From a virus (lineage: Duplodnaviria; Caudoviricetes): a stretch of DNA of 35,610 nt. This document shows, piece by piece, positions 17,995 through 25,859 of this stretch. Each line of letters begins with the position of its first letter. Within the stretch, counting starts at the first letter, position 1. Both the position numbers and the translations under genes were made by a program. The notes below the pieces were generated by a model. It saw only the letters and a list, made by a program, of their open reading frames with translations, searched no databases and had not been told where the DNA came from. Location of the stretch: positions 1 through 35,610 of the IMG/VR virus record IMGVR_UViG_3300005286_000296; one strand, 5' to 3'.

Positions 17995-18213
17995 ATGCCC
18001 CCTCCGACCCGGTCCGATCCTCCCCCGGCCCCGCCTGAGGTCATGACCATCGACGACCTTGCAGCATACCTGCAGGTCTCGAAGTCATCGCTCTACAAGC
18101 TGGCGCAGGAGGGGAAGGTGCCGGGCCAGAAGGTGGGAAAGCATTGGCGGTTCCATCGGTCGGTGATCGATCGATGGCTCGGCGACAAGCCGCCCGCCGA
18201 CCGCGAGCGCTGA
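17995..18213 (+). CDS. Excisionase-like helix-turn-helix protein (HTH_17)
   Basis: MTIDDLAAYLQVSKSSLYKLAQEGKVPGQKVGKHWRF is a classic Xis/MerR-like HTH. Confidence 0.9.
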   Translation: MPPPTRSDPPPAPPEVMTIDDLAAYLQVSKSSLYKLAQEGKVPGQKVGKHWRFHRSVIDRWLGDKPPADRER

Positions 18214-18243
18214 ACTCGACGGCTCTGATGCAGAGGAGATGCG

Positions 18244-20994
18244 ATGCTGGGATTGACACTCAGAGACGAGTTCAAAGGCCGCCGCCTCAAGGGCACGGCG
18301 ATCGAGCTGACGAACAAGAACAACACCGGCGCGACTCAAGTCGCCGCCGGTGAGTTCCTGAAGATCACCTATCCGAGCACCGACGTGCTCAAGATGCTGG
18401 AAGCAACAGGTCCGGATCAGGGACGACCAGTTGTCCTGAAGGGCGAGCGCGGACAGGGCAAGTCGCACCTGATGGCGGTCCTTTACCACTGCCTGACGGA
18501 CCAAGCCGCCGCCAAGTCGTGGCTCACGCACTGGGCTGGCGTGCTGGAGAACCCGAAGATCAGCGCCATCCCGCTGCGTGACGGAATGCACGTCATCAGC
18601 GAGAGCATGCACCAGCAGCACTACAAGTTCCTCTGGGACGTCCTCTTCGACAACCATCCGCACGGCGCCTACTGCCGCGGCAAGTGGGAGGCTCAGGGTG
18701 ACAAGAAGACCGACGTGCCCAGCGACACCATCATCATGGAGATGCTGGCGCATACCCCCACGGCGTTGATCCTGGACGAGTTCCAGACCTGGTTCGACGG
18801 CATCACCAACACCAAGCAGTACCCGTGGCGGACGTGGGCGTTCAACTTCATCCAGATCCTGTCGGAGATTGCCAAGGAGTACCCCGACAAGCTGATCCTG
18901 GTCGCCTCGGTGCGCAACGGGTCCACCGATGCCTTCCAGCAGATCCAGCGCGTCAACCCGGTCATCATCGACTTCACCGGCCCATCCGCCAAGCAGGACC
19001 GGTCCAGGCTCCTGCTCCATCGGCTCTTCGAGAACCGCCTTCAGGTCTCGCGGTCCGCGATCGAGTCGCTGCTCACCCCGCACATCGAGGAGTACTTCAG
19101 GCTGAAGAGCACTCCCCCCGCCGAGCAGGGCCGGCTCCGCGGCGACTTTCTCGACACGTGGCCTTTCGCTACCCACCTGATGCAGCTCCTCGAGGATCAG
19201 GTGCTGATCGCGACGAGCGCGCAGGGCACTCGAGACCTGATCCGGGTGCTCGCAGACCTCTTTAAGCAGTCCGGCGACGACGCCGCGGTCATCACGGCCG
19301 CAGACTTCCGGCTCGACGATGAGAAGAGCGGGATCGCGGCGCTGCTCGACTCGGTCGCCAACCAGCACCACGCCAAGCTGCGCGAGAAGGCGCTCCGCAA
19401 CCTCGAGGCCGTACGCGCCGCCGTGCCGGATACGAGCAAGAAGCTCCCTCACCTGGAGGGTGTCATCGGCGCTCTCTGGCTGCGGTCCCTCGCGGACATC
19501 AACCAAGCCGGGGCCGACCAGGCGACCCTTCACGTGGACGTCACGCGCGAGAAGCCGGTCGACGACAACGCGTTCCAGGTCGAGCTGTCAACCATCGTCG
19601 AGAACAGCTTCAACATCCACGAGGATGGGAATCGGTACATCTTCAGGGAAGAGGAAAACCCCCAGGCGAAGCTGATCGCCAGCGCCCGCAATGACAAGCT
19701 CTTCTTGGAGGGCCAGGACCTGGCGCACCTCGCCCGAGAGGTGCGCTACGTCATCGGCGGTGGAGCCGACACAGCGACCCGCTTCCGCGTGGTCGTGCTG
19801 TCCCAGGCGTGGAGCCGCGACCCGTGGGAGGGTGTTGAAGAGGCCGATCAGCCGAGCCAGTGGGACGACCGCATCCCCGTCCTCGTCCTGCCGGAGTCGC
19901 CACCGAAGGCCGAAGCAGCCCTCGGCCGGTGGCTCCGCGACAACCTGCAGAAGAACCGCAACGCGGTGCGGTTCCTGATCCCGCAGGATGGCAGCACCAA
20001 TCTGTTTACAGACCGGGACCTGATCGTCCTGGCCCGCTGCGTCTTCCTCGCGGAGCAGTGGAAGGCGCAGAACCCCGAGTACGGCCGCCTGCAGACGAAG
20101 TACCAAAAGGAACTCCGCGAGATCCTGAAGTCCCGCTTCGATCGCTTCGCGGTCATCGCCAACTGGAACTTCCAGCAGCCCGAGAACTGCCGGTTCCACA
20201 TCGAGTCTCACCGGTCGCAGGGGACGGCGATCCCGGAGGCGATCGACAAGCTGATCAACGAGAATCTGTTCATCCCCGAGGACTTCGAGAGCTTCATCCT
20301 CGCCGCGGCGTCCAGCAGCGAGCCGATCGGGAAGCTGCTCAAGGAACTTAAGGAGCCCCGCCCGGGCGGCCAGGACTGCATCCCGTGGCTGGGCGAGACG
20401 CTCGTCAAGGAGCGGATCATCCGCCTGTGCGCCAAGGGCCTGATCGCCATCAATCTCCGGGGCATGGAGTACCTCCAGACCCACCACGGGGAGGCCGAGG
20501 AGACGGCGTGGCGGCGGATGCGCGGCAAGCTCGGGAGCGGGAAGCACCTCGATGAGACCCTCGTCCTCCTGCCGCAGAACGTTCCCGGCACCGGAGGCGT
20601 GGCAGGCACCGGGAGCACCGGGGGCACCGGAGGCGCGGGCGGCCCCGGCGGTGATCCGGGATCGGGCGGGACGGGCGGCACCACGACAAGCAATGGCGGC
20701 GGCCCTTCTGGCGGCACGACCACAGGCGGGAACGGCACCGGCGGCGGCGGTCAGACGGGCGGCGGGATTTTCGGCGGCGGCACGGCCGTGCGGGTCCAGG
20801 TCAACATCCCCGCGACCTCGGCGCTGAACCTGCTCGGCCGGATCGAGAACCAGGGCATCAAAGCGGGCACGCAACTGCACGCCCTCGCCCTGAAAGTGGA
20901 CAAGCTGACCGGGGCGCAGCTCCAGGAGTTGATCAAGAAGCTCCCCGACGGCATGACGTATGAGCTGGGGCTGGAGAAGGAGCAGGCGGAATGA
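18244..20994 (+). CDS. DUF499-like ATPase (BrxC/PglY-related)
   Basis: Walker A GERGQGKS, Walker B LILDEF, WPFATH, GTRDLIRVLA; Gly/Thr-rich linker near the C-terminus; context with a DUF1156-like methylase. Confidence 0.75.
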   Translation: MLGLTLRDEFKGRRLKGTAIELTNKNNTGATQVAAGEFLKITYPSTDVLKMLEATGPDQGRPVVLKGERGQGKSHLMAVLYHCLTDQAAAKSWLTHWAGVLENPKISAIPLRDGMHVISESMHQQHYKFLWDVLFDNHPHGAYCRGKWEAQGDKKTDVPSDTIIMEMLAHTPTALILDEFQTWFDGITNTKQYPWRTWAFNFIQILSEIAKEYPDKLILVASVRNGSTDAFQQIQRVNPVIIDFTGPSAKQDRSRLLLHRLFENRLQVSRSAIESLLTPHIEEYFRLKSTPPAEQGRLRGDFLDTWPFATHLMQLLEDQVLIATSAQGTRDLIRVLADLFKQSGDDAAVITAADFRLDDEKSGIAALLDSVANQHHAKLREKALRNLEAVRAAVPDTSKKLPHLEGVIGALWLRSLADINQAGADQATLHVDVTREKPVDDNAFQVELSTIVENSFNIHEDGNRYIFREEENPQAKLIASARNDKLFLEGQDLAHLAREVRYVIGGGADTATRFRVVVLSQAWSRDPWEGVEEADQPSQWDDRIPVLVLPESPPKAEAALGRWLRDNLQKNRNAVRFLIPQDGSTNLFTDRDLIVLARCVFLAEQWKAQNPEYGRLQTKYQKELREILKSRFDRFAVIANWNFQQPENCRFHIESHRSQGTAIPEAIDKLINENLFIPEDFESFILAAASSSEPIGKLLKELKEPRPGGQDCIPWLGETLVKERIIRLCAKGLIAINLRGMEYLQTHHGEAEETAWRRMRGKLGSGKHLDETLVLLPQNVPGTGGVAGTGSTGGTGGAGGPGGDPGSGGTGGTTTSNGGGPSGGTTTGGNGTGGGGQTGGGIFGGGTAVRVQVNIPATSALNLLGRIENQGIKAGTQLHALALKVDKLTGAQLQELIKKLPDGMTYELGLEKEQAE

Positions 20995-21998
20995 CGCTGA
21001 CCTGCGACCAGCTCCGGCACCTTCAGGCCGATTCGCCCGGCCCGGCGTGGGCCTCCATCCTTTCCCACGCCTGGGAGGTTTGCTCGGCCCCTTTTGGCAA
21101 TGCGAAACCGGAATCCGAGGTGCCCCGGCGCGACCGCGAGGTGGGCGACCTTGACCTGTTCCTCGCCACCGCGGGATGGGACCTCTGGCAGCACTACGAG
21201 GCCTCCGTCCCGCTCACCACCGACGCGATCGCCAACTGGTGGTCGCCCCGGAGCAGCGGGCGGGCCGTGCTCATCCTCGATGCGCTCTCGCTGCGCGAGG
21301 CGCCCTGGCTGCTCGCCGGTGCCGCTGCACGAGGCTTCACAATCCACGACGCCCGCGCCACCGGGGCCGAACTGCCGCCGGACACGACGCCGTTCGCCAA
21401 AGCTCTGGGCTTCGGGCAGCGGTCATCGCTGGGCGCAAGCGCCGCCGGCTCCGGCCATCGCCTGCCGGGCGCTCGCACCGAGTGCACCGACATCGCGTGG
21501 GAGGACTGCGCCCGCTTCATCGGCTCCGAGGCGGACTGGGTCTTCTGGCACCACTGGCCGGACAAGGATGTCCACGACTTCGCGGACGCCGGCGAGGGCC
21601 TGCGCCCGCTGATCGCCAAGGCCGCCGAGTACCTCGGGGGCGACGCCTTCTGGACGCTCGTCGATCGCCTCGCCGAAGGCCGCCGCCTCCTGATCACCTC
21701 GGACCACGGCTACGCCGCGAGCGAACTCTTCCCCGACGCCGGCGCGGACCACGCCGACTATCTCAAGCGCACCTACAAGAGCGGTCGCTGCACCGATGCC
21801 GGTAGCCAGCCCGCCGCGTGGGTGCCGCCGATCGACCTGCACCTCGACACGCGGCACGGCCCTCACCTGTTCGTCAACGGCCGCCGCAAATGGAAGAGCG
21901 CCGGCGGCTATCCCACGCTCACCCACGGTGGACTGTCGGTCCTTGAGGTCGCGGTTCCATTCATCGAACTCTCCAAAGGCCAGACGAGGACCGCATGA
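20991..21998 (+). CDS. PglZ-like alkaline-phosphatase-superfamily protein
   Basis: ILDALSLRE, LPPDT, ITSDHGY and THGGLSVLEVAVP motifs match the PglZ catalytic core. Confidence 0.75.
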   Translation: MTLTCDQLRHLQADSPGPAWASILSHAWEVCSAPFGNAKPESEVPRRDREVGDLDLFLATAGWDLWQHYEASVPLTTDAIANWWSPRSSGRAVLILDALSLREAPWLLAGAAARGFTIHDARATGAELPPDTTPFAKALGFGQRSSLGASAAGSGHRLPGARTECTDIAWEDCARFIGSEADWVFWHHWPDKDVHDFADAGEGLRPLIAKAAEYLGGDAFWTLVDRLAEGRRLLITSDHGYAASELFPDAGADHADYLKRTYKSGRCTDAGSQPAAWVPPIDLHLDTRHGPHLFVNGRRKWKSAGGYPTLTHGGLSVLEVAVPFIELSKGQTRTA

Positions 21999-24900
21999 CC
22001 CAGTTGGACTCCAAATCGAAGGCGAAGGCCCAGCCGTGGAAGGACGAGGGTCTCACCAAGCCCGAATGGGTCGCGCGCGAGGTCGCCAAGGCGGTGAACG
22101 CCGGGAAGGCCTGGGACCTGGAGACGGTGGACTTCTCCGACCCCAACCGCCCGCTCACCTGCCTGGAGGTGGACTTCCCGATCATCCCGATCAACCAGAT
22201 CGCGGCCATCGAGGGCAACGCCGGGAAGCCGATCTATCAGATGTCGAAGTGGTGGGCGCGCCGGCGGAGCAGCGTCTTCCGCTCGATGCTGCTCGCGGCC
22301 GCGATCAAGGCCCCGGACGACCCGGCCGAGGCCGCCAAGCTCGTGTGGGATGTCTACTACGGCAACCACCAGAAGAAGGGCACGTTCAAGCACCTCAAGG
22401 TCGCCGACATCTTCATGGGCGGCGGCACGACCGTGGTCGAGGGCTCGCGCCTCGGCATGCAGATGTACGGCAACGACCTGAACCCCGTCGCCTGGTTCGT
22501 CGTGAAGAACGAGCTGGCCCGGGTGGACAAGGCCGAGGTCGAGGCCCTGCTCGCCGACATCGAGGCCGAGGTCAAGCCGCAGATCATGCCCTTCTACGCC
22601 TGCGACTGCCCGCGCGGGCACAAGGGCAAATGGACGCAGGTCAGCACCGGCCGCGTTATGGGCAAGAACTTCGACCCGCTCACGCTCTCGCCGGAGCAGC
22701 GGAAGGACTACCGCTACGAAGGCCCCGAGGTCATCTACACCTTCTGGGCCAAGCACGGGCCGTGCCCCGTGACCGGGTGCGGCCACCGCACGCCGATCAT
22801 GTCCAGCCCCGTGATGGCGGTGAAGTCGATCTCGATCAAGGCGTGGAAGCGCACCTGCAAGCACTGCGGCGAGAAGTACGAAATCGAGGAACGCGACGCC
22901 CGCATGGCCCCGGGCGTCGAGCTTGTGGTCGCGGACACGGAGCATCCCTACGCCGTTGCCGCGCTCAACATGGCGGGCAACCCCGAGGCGGTCACCTGCC
23001 CGCATTGCGGAAAGGAGGAGCGGCTCGGAAAGCTCGCCAAGCCGGGGAAAAAAACAATCGAGTTGTCGCTGCTCGTCCACACCGACTGGCTGAAGGGCGA
23101 GCCATCGAAGGACGAGCAGGGCCGACCCTACGGCGGCAGCCTTAACGACCCTCTGGACGCCACGCTACGGTGGAACCGGGCACGCGCGGCTACCTGCAAT
23201 CTGGTCGAGGTTCGCGGCAAGCTGCCGGATGAGATCACGCTCGCCGACGGGACCAGAGTTAGGACCGGCGACAACGGCGGCACTGTACCCGGCAACAGTC
23301 GATTCACATGCCAGGCGGACACCTGCGGCGCTTCTCACTTCATCCTGAAAGCGTTGCAGCACTCTGGGGGAAACGCGCCGGTCGCCGCGTATGCGATTCA
23401 AGGGTATTGCCCGACGTGCGATGCCGCAGACGCGCCCTATGGAGGTCGCTTTTTTGACGTTTGTCGAACGACCGGCGCGTACGATGCGGCTTGCGTGGAG
23501 TGGAACGAGCGAGCGGATGTTGACCTGTGCGGGTTTTGGCCGAATGCGGACATTCCGTACGGCGATCGGACGCATGTCAAAGACCCGCTTCCGAAGCACG
23601 GCTTCAACAAGTGGTCCGATCTGTTCAACCCGAGACAGAAGCTCGTGCTGGCGCTACTCCTCAAGGCGATTGCGACCCCGCGTTCTGAACGGAGCCAGAG
23701 TGCGACGGAGCTGGTGCTCGGCTCGTTTCAACAGTACCTCCGCAATCAGAATGTCTTCTGCTTCTGGGACATCGGGTACGACAAGCTCGTGCCTTTTATG
23801 AGCAACAACAACTACAATCCTAAGAACACTTTCGTCGAGAACGGTGTGTTCTCAGAACTGGGAAGAGGGAACTGGCGCACACAGTACGACAACCTCATGG
23901 CAGCCCTTGAGTGGGCGGCATCCCCTTACGAGAGTGTGCCTAAGCAGCGCATTGCCTCCGTCCACCCCGTATTGGCTCACGCTATTTCCGGAAAAAGTGA
24001 GAAAGTTTACTGTGGCGACCCCCTCACCCATCAGGAATCGCTGGCGTGTTTGTCGGCGTCGGAACAGTTGACCTGTGGGACGTCGACCCAGCTTGAGACC
24101 ATCCCGGGCGGCTCGTTTGATGCGGTGATAACCGATCCGCCCTTTGGTGGGATTCTCCAATATGCGGAGCTTGCGGACTTCTTCTATGTCTGGCTACGGC
24201 TTGTCCTGAAAGACACGTATCCGGAGCATTTTGGCCCAGAGCACACGCCCAAGGCTCTTGAGGCGGTTGCGAACACGGCGCGTCACCCGGGGTCGGCAGC
24301 TGACGACGGTCGAACGCCGGCAGATGCTTTTTACCAACGACTGCTGACGGAGTGTTGGCGAGAAGCGGGCCGCATTTTGAAGCACGGAGGCACTTTGGCC
24401 TTCACGTTCCACCACAATGAGGACAAGGCGTGGGTGTCAGTCCTTGAGTCATTGTTCGACGCAGGGTTTAACCTTGCAGCCACGTATCCGATTCGAGGTG
24501 ACGAGTCCAAAGGTGACAACGCTCAGTTCGGATCACAGAAGATAGAGTACGACATCATCCACGTCTGCCGGAAGCGACACGAGGAGCCGAAGCCGATTTC
24601 CTGGGCCAAGCTGCGGCGTCAGGTGCTCCAGGATGTCCGAGACATCCAGGACCTGCTGGAGCACCACCAGGAGGACGGGCTACCGGAGGCCGACCTCCAG
24701 GTGATCCGGCGCGGCAAGGCGCTGGAGTACTTCTCTAGGCACTACGGCAAAGTCTATAAGGACCCGGACACGCCGATGACGGTCCTCGAAGCGCTCCTGG
24801 GCATCAACCAGCTCCTGGACGAGGAGGCCGGGGGCATCAAGGAGCCGCCGCCGCACAACGCCGAGCCGTTCACGCGGATGCTCCTGCGGCTGTTCGACGG

Positions 24901-25336
24901 CAAGGCCGAACTGCCCCGCGACCAGATCCAGAAGTTCCTCCGCGGCACCGGCAGCGCCCCGTCCGACTTCGAGAACCGGGGCTGGGTCACCGAGAAGAAG
25001 AAGGTCTTCCACCTCGTCCCGCCCCTCGACCTGGCCCGGCAATGGGTGGGCAGGCTGCGGAAGGGCATGACCAGCGACTACGACCAGGCCATGTACCTCA
25101 TCGGGGCGTGCTTCGAGAACAGCGGGATCAACGCCAGCGAAACGCTGAACAACCCGAACTTCCGGCCGCACCCGGCGCTGGGCGCGATCCTGGCGTGGTT
25201 CAAGACGCACGGGGCGGATTCGCCGACGCGCAACGCCGCGACGATCGCCTCGCAGCTCTACAAGGGCTGGGAGGCCAAGAACCAGCCCAAGGCGAAGGAG
25301 CTGACGCTCTTCGACGATCTCGGAGAGGAGGCCTGA
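21995..25336 (+). CDS. DUF1156-like amino (adenine) DNA methyltransferase with zinc ribbons
   Basis: KWWARR, SAM motif DIFMGGG, NDLNPVA, catalytic TDPPF, YAELADFFYVWL, FTFHH; several CxxC pairs. Confidence 0.85.
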   Translation: MTQLDSKSKAKAQPWKDEGLTKPEWVAREVAKAVNAGKAWDLETVDFSDPNRPLTCLEVDFPIIPINQIAAIEGNAGKPIYQMSKWWARRRSSVFRSMLLAAAIKAPDDPAEAAKLVWDVYYGNHQKKGTFKHLKVADIFMGGGTTVVEGSRLGMQMYGNDLNPVAWFVVKNELARVDKAEVEALLADIEAEVKPQIMPFYACDCPRGHKGKWTQVSTGRVMGKNFDPLTLSPEQRKDYRYEGPEVIYTFWAKHGPCPVTGCGHRTPIMSSPVMAVKSISIKAWKRTCKHCGEKYEIEERDARMAPGVELVVADTEHPYAVAALNMAGNPEAVTCPHCGKEERLGKLAKPGKKTIELSLLVHTDWLKGEPSKDEQGRPYGGSLNDPLDATLRWNRARAATCNLVEVRGKLPDEITLADGTRVRTGDNGGTVPGNSRFTCQADTCGASHFILKALQHSGGNAPVAAYAIQGYCPTCDAADAPYGGRFFDVCRTTGAYDAACVEWNERADVDLCGFWPNADIPYGDRTHVKDPLPKHGFNKWSDLFNPRQKLVLALLLKAIATPRSERSQSATELVLGSFQQYLRNQNVFCFWDIGYDKLVPFMSNNNYNPKNTFVENGVFSELGRGNWRTQYDNLMAALEWAASPYESVPKQRIASVHPVLAHAISGKSEKVYCGDPLTHQESLACLSASEQLTCGTSTQLETIPGGSFDAVITDPPFGGILQYAELADFFYVWLRLVLKDTYPEHFGPEHTPKALEAVANTARHPGSAADDGRTPADAFYQRLLTECWREAGRILKHGGTLAFTFHHNEDKAWVSVLESLFDAGFNLAATYPIRGDESKGDNAQFGSQKIEYDIIHVCRKRHEEPKPISWAKLRRQVLQDVRDIQDLLEHHQEDGLPEADLQVIRRGKALEYFSRHYGKVYKDPDTPMTVLEALLGINQLLDEEAGGIKEPPPHNAEPFTRMLLRLFDGKAELPRDQIQKFLRGTGSAPSDFENRGWVTEKKKVFHLVPPLDLARQWVGRLRKGMTSDYDQAMYLIGACFENSGINASETLNNPNFRPHPALGAILAWFKTHGADSPTRNAATIASQLYKGWEAKNQPKAKELTLFDDLGEEA

Positions 25337-25857
25337 TGGTCCGCACGCGGTTCAACCACGGGTGGTCGCGCCGGGGGTTCTCGTTGCTCTGGGACGCCGA
25401 GACGCTCGCGGAGATCGTGGACCCCGCCGAGGTCGTATCGATCCGCCAAATGTTCAGCATGGTGGATCACTGGCCGGACGATCTCCCCGCCGCCGGGGGC
25501 GATGCGATCGTCGTCGCCGGCGTCGAGGGCTGCCTCGATGTGCTGGGCGGCCCCGACGCCGAACGCTGGCTGGTCGAGGACCTGCGGCGGGCCATCATGT
25601 CGTTCCAGACGCACTACGAGGGCGGGGCCGGGCTCATCTTGTGGCTCCCGTCCGGCCGCAGCCGGATCTCGATGCGCGGCGCGAGCGAGGAGTACCACTA
25701 CAAGCACCGCAACTCCGGGGAGAACGGCCTCCACATCGGACGCCTGCTCTGGTCGGGCGCCGAGAACGAGATCGAGCGCATCATGAACACCGACGACCAT
25801 GCCGCCGACTACGACGGCAAGCACTGGGTGGGGCTGTATCACCCGAGGATCAGTTGA
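25336..25857 (+). CDS. Hypothetical protein of the defence operon (173 aa)
   Basis: TGATG coupling to the methylase, GAGGAGG RBS, strong codon bias. Confidence 0.75.
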   Translation: MVRTRFNHGWSRRGFSLLWDAETLAEIVDPAEVVSIRQMFSMVDHWPDDLPAAGGDAIVVAGVEGCLDVLGGPDAERWLVEDLRRAIMSFQTHYEGGAGLILWLPSGRSRISMRGASEEYHYKHRNSGENGLHIGRLLWSGAENEIERIMNTDDHAADYDGKHWVGLYHPRIS

Positions 25858-25859
25858 TC

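Noticed and set aside
20585-20785. Gly/Thr-rich tract in the DUF499-like ATPase as a relative of the Hint-protein repeats
   Set aside because: Aperiodic inter-domain linker with no shared repeat unit.
23048-23054. A7 run in the methylase as a phase-variation tract
   Set aside because: Too short, in frame, and explained by Lys-Lys-Thr codons.
25362-25859. N-terminal 166 aa of the 1087-aa helicase ORF
   Set aside because: Arg-rich nonsense overlapping the real 25336..25857 gene; the true start is probably GTG 25860.
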